A program made the position numbers and the translations under genes. Positions 30,177 to 38,813 of a stretch of DNA of 64,000 bases are shown piece by piece; positions within the stretch are counted from its first letter, which is position 1, and each line of letters starts with the position of its first letter. The DNA comes from a virus (Duplodnaviria; Caudoviricetes): positions 64,001 through 128,000 of IMG/VR virus record IMGVR_UViG_3300028603_000001; one strand, given 5' to 3'. The notes under the pieces are model-generated. The model was not told where the DNA came from. It ran no database searches and saw only the letters and a list, made by a program, of their open reading frames with translations.

Positions 30177-30272
30177 AATCATATATAAAAAATAAAATAT
30201 TTAAATTGTATATTTATATGTATTAAAAATAAATAATACAAAAAAAATAAAATAATAAAAGGAGAAAAAATA

Positions 30273-31163
30273 ATGGCAAGTTACACTTATGACGCTTATG
30301 CAGCACAACAAGCTGCACAAAGAAGCACAAATCCAAACGGCGGCCTAGGTCCTGAAGTACGATTTTTAAACGAATTTTTAAAAAGTGATGGAGATGTTGT
30401 GGTTGTGAGATTTCCATACCACAACATGTCAGATTTAATTTTTGAAACAACACATGCAGTATTATTCCCAGGGAAGAGATTTCCATCAAGAGTGAGATGT
30501 ACTGGTGACGCAACATGTCCGTTCTGCGCAGAAAAGGTAAAACTTGATACTAGGTTTTTTGCGAAAGCATTAGCCTATGTTATCGATGAACAAACTAATG
30601 AGGTTAAGATTATTAACACTGTATGGGACAGACCTTCAGCTTTTGCAGATATCGATATTAAAAATTTAATGCAAGAATATGGAGATATTTCTAATTTCTT
30701 ATTTAAGATTAAGAGAAATGGAACAGGAACAGCTACTCGTTACACAATTACCATTGTAACTAATACTACTGTATATAATCCAGCTATTTATAAAGCAGAT
30801 TTTAGTGAATTAGATGTAGTTGATCCAATAAGAATTCTATCAAAAAGTCTAGAGCAATATAAAGAAGCTTTAAATCCATCTGCTCCAAAACAAGCTGTTC
30901 AACCACAACCTCAACCATATGCGCAACCTCAACCATATGCACAACCTGCGCAACAACAACCTTATATGCAAGGACATGCACATCTTCCTACAGGAGCTAC
31001 AGCTATACCGCCATATGTACATGGAGAAGAATTTAATTCACAAGCACCTGCACCTCAATCTCAAACAATTCCAACAACACCATTGCAACAGCAATCAACC
31101 ACTGCGGTGCAACAAGATCAAGCAAGTGATCAACGCAGACCAACGACAAGGTATAAATTCTAA
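30273..31163 (+). CDS. Single-stranded DNA-binding protein (gp32-like)
   Basis: H...C...CPFC zinc site, KIKRNG...TRY, Q/P-rich tail with QPQPYA repeats. Confidence 0.7.
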   Translation: MASYTYDAYAAQQAAQRSTNPNGGLGPEVRFLNEFLKSDGDVVVVRFPYHNMSDLIFETTHAVLFPGKRFPSRVRCTGDATCPFCAEKVKLDTRFFAKALAYVIDEQTNEVKIINTVWDRPSAFADIDIKNLMQEYGDISNFLFKIKRNGTGTATRYTITIVTNTTVYNPAIYKADFSELDVVDPIRILSKSLEQYKEALNPSAPKQAVQPQPQPYAQPQPYAQPAQQQPYMQGHAHLPTGATAIPPYVHGEEFNSQAPAPQSQTIPTTPLQQQSTTAVQQDQASDQRRPTTRYKF

Positions 31164-31189
31164 ATATAATTAGAAAACCTATTTAAAAT

Positions 31190-31216
31190 AAAGAGCAGTG
31201 TTTACCTGCTCTTTTT
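31190..31216 (+). terminator. Intrinsic terminator
   Basis: AAAGAGCAG...CTGCTCTTT then T run. Confidence 0.65.
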
Positions 31217-31257
31217 CATATATATATAATTGTATAATAAAATAAAGGAGGTTATTT

Positions 31258-33015
31258 ATGGGTATAGATAGCTTATGGGGCGAAGAGTTTACTGTTCCAA
31301 AAGAGAAAGAAAAAGCAAAAACCATAGCCGCTAAAATAGCAAAACCATATAATGCAAAAACTTCAATCGAAAAGCAAGTGAAAAGTAAAGTTATCCCCCT
31401 AAAGGAGAAATTGGATCTTATAGAGAAGGAAGTTCGTAATAAATTGAGTAAGCAAATGAATAATGTTCTATGTATAACAAGCAAAGAAGATTTTCACGCT
31501 TATATTGATAAATGTATTAAAAAAGGACGAGTTGCTGTTGATACAGAAACTAATAATAGTTTAGATCCCATAACATGTAAGCTAATGGGTCTTTGCTTAT
31601 ATACTCCAGGTGAAAAACAAGCATATATTCCGGTAAATCACAGAGATCCAGATTCTAAAGAGCGCTTAGATAATCAATTAACAGAAAAAGATATAGCTGA
31701 AGGACTTGTAAGATTGCTTGAGTCAAAAGCTTTATTTGAAACACAAAAAGGTCAGTTTGATTATCAGGTTATTTATCATACGACAGGAGTTAAAATAAGA
31801 ATTGACTGGGATACTTTAATAGCTGAAAAGCTCATTGATGAAAATAAATATGTATATTCATTGAAAGAGCTGTATGTCAAACAGGTAGATCCAGAGCAAG
31901 AAAAATACAGCATCGACAGTCTTTTTGAAGGAATCGAGTACGCTGATGTCGATCCTGAAATATTTGCGCTTTATGCAGCAACAGATGCTATGATGACATC
32001 TAAACTAGCTGATATTCAAAGAGAAAAGTTATATTCAAAAGAACTTGGAAACGTTATACATCTAGCTAGAGAGATTGAAATTCCGCTTTTACCTGTTATA
32101 GGTGAAATGGAATCAGCCGGAATGGAAGTAGACCAAGAATATGGAAAACTTTTATCTGCAAAATACAATACACAATTAGAAGAAGTAGATTCTGAGATAA
32201 GCGTTGAATTAGAAAAATTAAAGCCTATGATTGATGCTTGGAGATTAACTCCAGATGCTAATTTCAGACCTATTATTGGAAGAACAAAAACAATAAACAA
32301 GATTCAATATAAATATTATAAAGGATCTAACCGTGATGGTGATGAACCTTATTGGTATGAAGCTAAAACATCTCGAAAATTATCTGATGCTGAAGCATAT
32401 AATCTAAATTTAGTAGCTACAGAGCAGAAATCAAAATCTGAACAGTTAATAGATCCCATTAATTTAGGATCACCGACACAGTTAGCTATATTATTCTATG
32501 ATATCTTGGGAGCACCAACAGTCAGCAAAAAATCTCCAAGAGGAACAGGTGAGATGGAGTTAATTGCTATTTCTAAAAAAATAGATAATCCTATCTGTAA
32601 ATTAGTTATAAAAAGAAGAGAATTAGTAAAACTTATATCAACGTATATCGACGTTATCCCAGAATTGGCTAAAAGGTGGCCTGATGGTAGAGTTAGAACA
32701 CATTTTAATCCTTATGGTGCTGCAACAGGTAGATTAAGTTCAAGTGATCCGATTAACTTCCAAAATATACCAGCGCATAATAAAGAAGTAAGGATGCTTT
32801 TCTGCTCTTCAAATAAACAGGAAGACATACCTATTACTAGTAATCAGATAATTGTTAAGAAGTTTACAGAAGTTAACACATCAGAAGGATTTGTTTTCGC
32901 TGAAGATTTAAAAACAGGCGAGTATTTAATCTTAGACAATGATGATGGAACAACTGAAGCAATTAAGATAATAGATATTAAAACAGAAGGATTATTTACA
33001 ACAATAATTATTTAA
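31258..33015 (+). CDS. polA: Family A DNA polymerase, N-terminal part (3'-5' exonuclease + thumb) with Hint-like tail
   Basis: VDTET, WDT, YAATDA, INLGSPTQL, TGRLSSSDPINFQNIP; stops before motif A. Confidence 0.9.
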   Translation: MGIDSLWGEEFTVPKEKEKAKTIAAKIAKPYNAKTSIEKQVKSKVIPLKEKLDLIEKEVRNKLSKQMNNVLCITSKEDFHAYIDKCIKKGRVAVDTETNNSLDPITCKLMGLCLYTPGEKQAYIPVNHRDPDSKERLDNQLTEKDIAEGLVRLLESKALFETQKGQFDYQVIYHTTGVKIRIDWDTLIAEKLIDENKYVYSLKELYVKQVDPEQEKYSIDSLFEGIEYADVDPEIFALYAATDAMMTSKLADIQREKLYSKELGNVIHLAREIEIPLLPVIGEMESAGMEVDQEYGKLLSAKYNTQLEEVDSEISVELEKLKPMIDAWRLTPDANFRPIIGRTKTINKIQYKYYKGSNRDGDEPYWYEAKTSRKLSDAEAYNLNLVATEQKSKSEQLIDPINLGSPTQLAILFYDILGAPTVSKKSPRGTGEMELIAISKKIDNPICKLVIKRRELVKLISTYIDVIPELAKRWPDGRVRTHFNPYGAATGRLSSSDPINFQNIPAHNKEVRMLFCSSNKQEDIPITSNQIIVKKFTEVNTSEGFVFAEDLKTGEYLILDNDDGTTEAIKIIDIKTEGLFTTIII

Positions 33016-33105
33016 CTTGACCGGAATAGTCTGAACCGATAATTCTTTAAAGTTTGGATATATTAAAAGAAAATCATCAAAATATGACAAAGGAGAATTC
33101 ATATA

Positions 33106-34017
33106 ATGTATGGGTATATCTATAAAACAATCAACATGATTGATGAAAAAGTTTATATTGGAAAACATACTAATGAATATGTTCGTAAAAATAATTGTAT
33201 TGATCCTAAATATTTTGGATCAGGAAAGGTTATTACTAATGCTATAGCAAAATATGGAGTAGATAAATTCAAATGTGAGATTCTTGAGTGGTGCGATTCA
33301 TTAGAAAATTTAAACAACAGAGAGAAATATTGGATTAATTATTATATGACTAATTATCCTACTACATGTTACAACTTAGCTGAAGGTGGGTCGGGGGGTA
33401 ACAATTTAAAATATAAAACCGAAAAAGAAAAATTAGAAATATTTGATCGCATTAGAAAATCAATAAATACTTATTATCAAACAGATGCTTTTAAAAATGC
33501 TAGAAAAGAGTTGCTCAATAAACCAGAATATCATCAGCGCTTAAGTGATGGTATGAAGGCCGCTAGAGCTAATACTAATAGCAAATATCATACAGATGAA
33601 TATCGACAGAAGAAATCAGAAGCTATTAAAAAGCAATGGTCAAATACGAATAGTAAATATAATAGTCAAGAATATCGTGAGCTGCTTAAGAAAAGAAATT
33701 CTGAAAAATGGGCTGAATTGAGTACTGAAAAGCTTGAAAAATTTAAAGAAAAGAAGCGACAAGAAGCTCTTAAGCGTTGGAAGAACCCAGATCATAGAGA
33801 ACTTATAAAAAAAGCAAAAGCAAAATGTATAATTATATATAACGACTCTGGTGATGAAATTATATTTGATTCTATTGGTGATTGTAACCGAACATTAAAT
33901 ATAGATTCTAGATATTTAATTAAAACAGGTGGTTATATTAAAACAAAAAAATATAAAGGTTGGCGGATAGATTACTATTGTCCAACAAAGATAGGAGGTG
34001 GTAAAGATGATTCTTGA
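33106..34017 (+). mobile_element. Free-standing GIY-YIG homing endonuclease gene inside fractured polA
   Basis: GYIYK...VYIGKH, YFGSG, E-x-Y-W-I, YNL..GG; basic helical C-terminus. Confidence 0.88.
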
Positions 34018-34096
34018 AAAAAGTAATTCTAAAAAATTACGCACTAAAACTGGGTACAAGATAATTGGCTCAGATTATAGTGGTCAAGAACCGTAA
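34007..34096 (+). CDS. polA: Family A DNA polymerase, 29-codon middle fragment carrying motif A Asp
   Basis: Not in ORF track. SD AGGAGGTG at 33993-34000; MILEKSNSKKLRTKTGYKIIGSDYSGQEP-stop. Confidence 0.85.
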   Translation: MILEKSNSKKLRTKTGYKIIGSDYSGQEP

Positions 34097-34101
34097 GGTT
34101 G

Positions 34102-35259
34102 CCTAGACTTACCGCATTTTACTCGCAAGACCAGAATATGATAAAAGCTTATGAGGAAGGAAAAGACTTATACGCTGTTATTGCATCAATGTCTTTTGAT
34201 AAACCCTATGAAGAATGTCTAGAATTCTACCCTGAAGGAACTGAAATTATTCATGAGGGAAAAAAAATAATTACTGGAAACAAAACACACCAAAATAAAG
34301 CAGGTAAAGAAAGAAGAAATTTCGCAAAGAGTATCTTGCTCGGCTTGCTCTACGGACGTGGAGCAGCATCTATTGCTGAACAAATTAAAAAATCAAGAGA
34401 AGAAGCACAAGAGATTATTGATAAATTCTTCGCAGCTTTTCCAGCTGTTAAAAATTGGATTGATAAAACAATTGAAGATGCTCATAAATATGGTTATGTT
34501 GAAGATATAGCAGGTAGACGCAGAAGATTACCTGATATACAATTACCGCAATATACTGTTGAATTTTTAGATAAAAAGAAAACAGGAACGCTATTTAATC
34601 CATTATTAGAATGTGATGATAAGATTGATGAAGCTTCAAATAAGTTAATTAAAAAATATCAAGAAAAATGTTCAAATATTAAATATGCTAGAGATTATGA
34701 AAATCTAAAAGCTGAAGCATTAAAAGAAAAAATAGTTATACATAATAATACTGGTTTTATTGCTCAAGCTGAACGTCAAGCGGTTAATAGCCGCGTTCAG
34801 GGTGGAGCTGCGTCATTAACTAAAACAGCTTTAATCAACATCCATAATGATCAAAAGCTAAGAGATATGGGAGCGTATCTAATAAATACAGTTCACGATG
34901 AAATCTTAATAGAAGCTCCTGATAAATATGCAAAAGAAGCTGCTGAACGCTTAACAGAGATAATGATAAATTCAGCTAAAAAATATGTTCCTAATGTTCC
35001 AATGAGTTGCGATGCATATATAACGAATTCATGGTATTTAGATGAGTTTGCTGTAACGGTTAGATCTGAATTTAAAAAATTAATTAGCGGAGATCCAGAT
35101 GAAAATGTATATCCTATGGACCCAATGGACGCTTTTGAATATATGTGCAAATTAAGAAAAGAATCAACTAGAAGTCAATTATATGAATTAGTAGGTAAAT
35201 TACTACCGAGAGTTCCTGAAAATGTTGATACCTCATACGTATCATTAACGGAAGATTAA
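34102..35259 (+). CDS. polA: Family A DNA polymerase, C-terminal part (fingers/palm)
   Basis: PRLTA continuation of motif A, RNFAKSILLGLLYGRG motif B, NSRVQG, TVHDEI motif C; no well-spaced SD for TTG 34099. Confidence 0.9.
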   Translation, partial: PRLTAFYSQDQNMIKAYEEGKDLYAVIASMSFDKPYEECLEFYPEGTEIIHEGKKIITGNKTHQNKAGKERRNFAKSILLGLLYGRGAASIAEQIKKSREEAQEIIDKFFAAFPAVKNWIDKTIEDAHKYGYVEDIAGRRRRLPDIQLPQYTVEFLDKKKTGTLFNPLLECDDKIDEASNKLIKKYQEKCSNIKYARDYENLKAEALKEKIVIHNNTGFIAQAERQAVNSRVQGGAASLTKTALINIHNDQKLRDMGAYLINTVHDEILIEAPDKYAKEAAERLTEIMINSAKKYVPNVPMSCDAYITNSWYLDEFAVTVRSEFKKLISGDPDENVYPMDPMDAFEYMCKLRKESTRSQLYELVGKLLPRVPENVDTSYVSLTED

Positions 35260-35319
35260 CAATAGTATTACGCTAAATTATATGATTAAAAAAAATCATA
35301 AAAAGGAGATTATAAAAGT

Positions 35320-35910
35320 ATGAAAAAAGGATTAACTTTAGAGGAAGCTTTTAAGGCTTTGAGTGGTAGAGGTAAAGTTACTGAAAGCGAAAAAAAGTTG
35401 AAAGAAGAGTTTGATGATTTTCCAAAACTTATAGACTTAGCAAAAGGTGATGTTTTTACAGCGTATTTTGGAAATCATGAAAGTTGTGATTTTTCATATG
35501 ATTCAAAAAAAGATACTTTAATACAGAAATATTATGACCCAGCTGATACTTTTAAATTTAAAAATATTAAAACACAAACAGATTTTGAGAAAGTTGTTAA
35601 AGATGAGTTAGGTGATGGTAAGATAACTTGGGAAAAAAAAGTAAGAGAAAGTGCTGCTACTGAAGTTAAAATTCCAGAACCTTATAATAAATATTATCAA
35701 GTAGCTGAAGTTGATGGTGGTTATAAAGTTGGTGACCAAATTGAAGGTTATGACATACGCATTCTTGCATATCTTGACGCTAAACCTGAATATGAAGATA
35801 TATTAAAAGAACCATTTGCAGTATTAACTGATGATGAAGATTATCCAGTTTGTGTAATTGTAGGTAGAAGACTTTTTAATGTTTCTATTAGAGATTTACC
35901 TGAAGAATAA
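35320..35910 (+). CDS. Hypothetical late protein, possibly internal head protein
   Basis: GCTAAATTA at 35272-35280; LEEAFKAL, VTES, LKEE, VRES sites. Confidence 0.5.
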   Translation: MKKGLTLEEAFKALSGRGKVTESEKKLKEEFDDFPKLIDLAKGDVFTAYFGNHESCDFSYDSKKDTLIQKYYDPADTFKFKNIKTQTDFEKVVKDELGDGKITWEKKVRESAATEVKIPEPYNKYYQVAEVDGGYKVGDQIEGYDIRILAYLDAKPEYEDILKEPFAVLTDDEDYPVCVIVGRRLFNVSIRDLPEE

Positions 35911-36130
35911 AATATAATTATAAATAAACAGAGTTCGAAAAATCCTCTGTATAATAAAAACCAAAAAATGATTAAATAGTATATAAAAAAAATAAATACT
36001 ATCGCTTATTTTTAGGTGGTAGTATTTTTTATTTTCTTAATTGTATATTAATAGCGATATTTAGAAATGGTTAAATAAATATGATTTAGAGCTCAGCATA
36101 ATTTTTTAATCATAAATCAAAAATATAAAA

Positions 36131-36195
36131 TACGTGAAAAAACACGTAAGCGCAGTTCACGTCTGAATATCCTGCGCTTAAAAAATTAAAACTTT
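36131..36195 (+). promoter_or_regulatory. Structured leader, preQ1-I riboswitch-like
   Basis: TAAGCGCAG/CTGCGCTTA stem, loop starting TTC, A-rich tail just before SD of a queuosine-precursor transporter. Confidence 0.45.
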
Positions 36196-36210
36196 AAAGG
36201 AGAAAGAAAA

Positions 36211-36993
36211 ATGAATAAAATTAAACAAGCATTAAAAAAATCATTAACCTCAACTAGAAATATAAGAACACTATCAATTTTCTTGGGGTTAGTTTCTGTC
36301 TATTGTGTTATTGTTGTTCTTTACAATATTTTCGAATATAAATTCTTTGGGTTCACAGTATTAGAAAACATAAAAGTTCTTGGTGAACCAGTAATGATTG
36401 GAATGGGCGCTGGAACGTTAATTTCATGGATATCGTTCTTAATAATGGATGTTGTCACTGAAGTTTGGGGTAAAAAAACAGCCATTAAGATATTCACATT
36501 TGCAATGATTATTAGTATCACAACATCATTCTTTGGAATGGCTATAGCAAAAATAGGTGAACCATCTTATGGAGATGCTATTGAAAATATTTTTGGGAGT
36601 CATCCTAGAGTAACGATTGCTTCAGCATTTGCATTCTGGGTAGGAAGTTATGTTAACACATTGATAATGCATGTTATGAAAACACGAGCTGAAGATAAAG
36701 GAAAAGCAAAGAACAAGAAATTATTTGCTTTTAGAGCAACAACATCGACGTTACTTGGTCAAGCTGTTGATAATGCATTATTCCAAATAATTGGATTAGC
36801 ACCATTCGGAGTTGGTTTCTGGTTAGCGTCTCCATTTGGGTGGACATGGGGAATGGTAGTTGGTTCAATCATTGTTGGAACAATTTTAGAATTAGCTATT
36901 GAAGCAGTTCTAGTTCCATTCATAACTATTCCTCTATCTAACAAGTTGATCGCTAAAAAAGAAGCTGAAGAAGCAGAATTAGTTGCAGCTTAA
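36211..36993 (+). CDS. yhhQ: Queuosine precursor transporter (YhhQ/VUT family)
   Basis: Multi-TM; FLIMDVVTEVWGKK, PR...AS..AF..G...N, R...ST..GQ.VD. Confidence 0.88.
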   Translation: MNKIKQALKKSLTSTRNIRTLSIFLGLVSVYCVIVVLYNIFEYKFFGFTVLENIKVLGEPVMIGMGAGTLISWISFLIMDVVTEVWGKKTAIKIFTFAMIISITTSFFGMAIAKIGEPSYGDAIENIFGSHPRVTIASAFAFWVGSYVNTLIMHVMKTRAEDKGKAKNKKLFAFRATTSTLLGQAVDNALFQIIGLAPFGVGFWLASPFGWTWGMVVGSIIVGTILELAIEAVLVPFITIPLSNKLIAKKEAEEAELVAA

Positions 36994-36995
36994 AA

Positions 36996-37661
36996 ATGAA
37001 AATTTTAATCACAGGTGCTAGTAACGGAATCGGTCTAGCAACAGCAAAATTATTTTTAGATCGAGGTTATGATGTAGTAGGATTAGACTTAGTTTCTAGT
37101 CCTCTACAAAACCTTAATTATGAACATTATATTTGCGATGTTTCTGAAAAAGATCAGCTACCAGACATTGATGATGTAAATATTTTATTTGTTAACGCTG
37201 GTTTTCAGAATACAGATGACGACATAAAAAACAATTTGTATTCAGCAATATATACTGTTGAAAAATATGGATTACAGAGCTCAATAAAATCTATATTATT
37301 TAACGCTTCAGTATCAGCTCACACAGGATTTGAATTTACTGAATATGTAGCAAGTAAAGCTGGTATGTTAGGTTTAATGAAAAATATAGCTGTTAAAGTT
37401 GCTAAATATGGTGCAACTTGTAATAGCTTAAGTTGTGGTGGTGTTTTAACCGATTTAAATCAACCTGTAATTGAAGATAAACAATTATGGGAAGAAATTA
37501 TGCAAGTCACACCGCTAAAGAAATGGGCAACAGCTGAAGAAGTTGCTGAATGGGTTTGGATGTTTACAGTCATTAATAAATCATGCACAGGACAAGATTT
37601 AATTATCGACAATGGAGAAAAAGATCTTAATAATAACTTTAAATGGCCTAACTACGAATAA
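36996..37661 (+). CDS. Short-chain dehydrogenase/reductase
   Basis: TGASNGIG, NAG, S, YVASK, TGQ. Confidence 0.92.
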   Translation: MKILITGASNGIGLATAKLFLDRGYDVVGLDLVSSPLQNLNYEHYICDVSEKDQLPDIDDVNILFVNAGFQNTDDDIKNNLYSAIYTVEKYGLQSSIKSILFNASVSAHTGFEFTEYVASKAGMLGLMKNIAVKVAKYGATCNSLSCGGVLTDLNQPVIEDKQLWEEIMQVTPLKKWATAEEVAEWVWMFTVINKSCTGQDLIIDNGEKDLNNNFKWPNYE

Positions 37662-37680
37662 AAAATAAATTCAATAATAA

Positions 37681-37720
37681 ATACTTCAAGAAATCAATTG
37701 TCTTGAAGTGTTTTTATTTA
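37681..37720 (+). terminator. Intrinsic terminator
   Basis: ACTTCAAGA...TCTTGAAGT then T run. Confidence 0.65.
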
Positions 37721-37828
37721 TAACATAAATACATATGTTTATATTAAAAAGTTAAGAGAACTTAAATTTTATATGTTAAATCTTAATATTAACTTGTATT
37801 ATATAATAAAGAAAGAGGTAATATAATT

Positions 37829-38119
37829 ATGGCACAAATACTAAATCAATTGATAGAACAAATAAAAGATCCGATAGAAATAATCAGTATATCAGCATCA
37901 TTTTTAGTTCTTATTTCTATGCTGGTTAAAACAACAAATTTCAAAGGAACAATATTTATGAGAATTTTCAATACTATTGGTAGTGTAATTTTTGTTTATT
38001 ATGGAATTGCAAGAATTTTACCAGCGGTTATTTTAATGAATAGTTTAATTGTGATTATTAATGTTATTTATATAATTAAGGAAACTAAAGACCACAAAAA
38101 GACTGCAAAAAATATATAG
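37829..38119 (+). CDS. YgjV-like small membrane protein
   Basis: Three hydrophobic helices; R-x-x-N-x-IGS-x-x-F-x-x-YG...N pattern. Confidence 0.6.
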   Translation: MAQILNQLIEQIKDPIEIISISASFLVLISMLVKTTNFKGTIFMRIFNTIGSVIFVYYGIARILPAVILMNSLIVIINVIYIIKETKDHKKTAKNI

Positions 38120-38165
38120 ATATAAAAAAAATTGTATATTATATAATAAAGGAGGATTCTAATTT

Positions 38166-38732
38166 ATGAAAGAAAAAATAGAAGCCAGAACTTGTATTAT
38201 TCCTGTTCCAAAAGAGGAATGTGAACTTAAAAAATGTAAATGCACAGAATGTGATCATAAACCAGGTTGTGATTATGGTTGGATAATAGAATTATGGGAA
38301 AATGAAAATAAAGTCATGGGTAAAGATTCTTTACTAGGCCCAGCTGACCCCCGAATGATAAAACCAGATATGAGAAAAGGTCATTTTATAACAATTACTG
38401 GAAAATATGATTTCTGTCGTTTCAATGTCTCTAGAAAAAAAGATCTTATTATTATATATGATATCTATGTTGATGAGAAGGGTAGAGGGCAAGGTTTAAG
38501 TAGAAAATTACTTCAATATTTAATGGATAAGTATGACCGTGATATATTTGCGAAATGTGTCCGAGGAACATCAGCGGAAGATTTCTGGCGCCATATCGGT
38601 AAACAATTGGATGCTAATTTAGGCAAACCAGAACCACATGACATGTATGAGCATAGAGATGGTAAACGGGATTTAGGTTGGTATCTTGTGGAAAATAAAA
38701 ATAAGAAAACAACGAAAGAAGAGTTGTGGTGA
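38166..38732 (+). CDS. GNAT-family acyltransferase with Cys-rich N-terminus
   Basis: IYVDEKGRGQGLSRKLL acetyl-CoA motif, A-x-x-FW-x-x-x-G. Confidence 0.8.
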   Translation: MKEKIEARTCIIPVPKEECELKKCKCTECDHKPGCDYGWIIELWENENKVMGKDSLLGPADPRMIKPDMRKGHFITITGKYDFCRFNVSRKKDLIIIYDIYVDEKGRGQGLSRKLLQYLMDKYDRDIFAKCVRGTSAEDFWRHIGKQLDANLGKPEPHDMYEHRDGKRDLGWYLVENKNKKTTKEELW

Positions 38733-38813
38733 AAATCATGAATCTTCTGTTTTATTAATTAATATATTGTATAATATATTACAACAAAATATACAGATAA
38801 ATGGAGGTATAAA

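Noticed and set aside
30895-30965. Replication-origin iterons
   Set aside because: The CAACCTCAACCATATGC repeats encode the QPQPYA low-complexity tail of the SSB.
34094-34096. Stop-codon reassignment or readthrough
   Set aside because: The downstream polymerase part is in a different frame, and genes elsewhere translate cleanly in code 11.
33016-34101. Complete group I intron spanning the GIY-YIG gene in polA
   Set aside because: Only about 90 nt of non-coding flank, no recognisable P3-P7 core, and polymerase motif A coding sequence with its own SD lies inside the interval.
34099-34101. Independent TTG start for the polymerase C-part
   Set aside because: No suitably spaced SD, and it would separate the motif A Asp from the rest of the motif; not fully excluded.
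34093-34103. Spliceosomal intron (GTAAG 5' site)
   Set aside because: Only 11 nt, no 3' AG, bacteriophage context.
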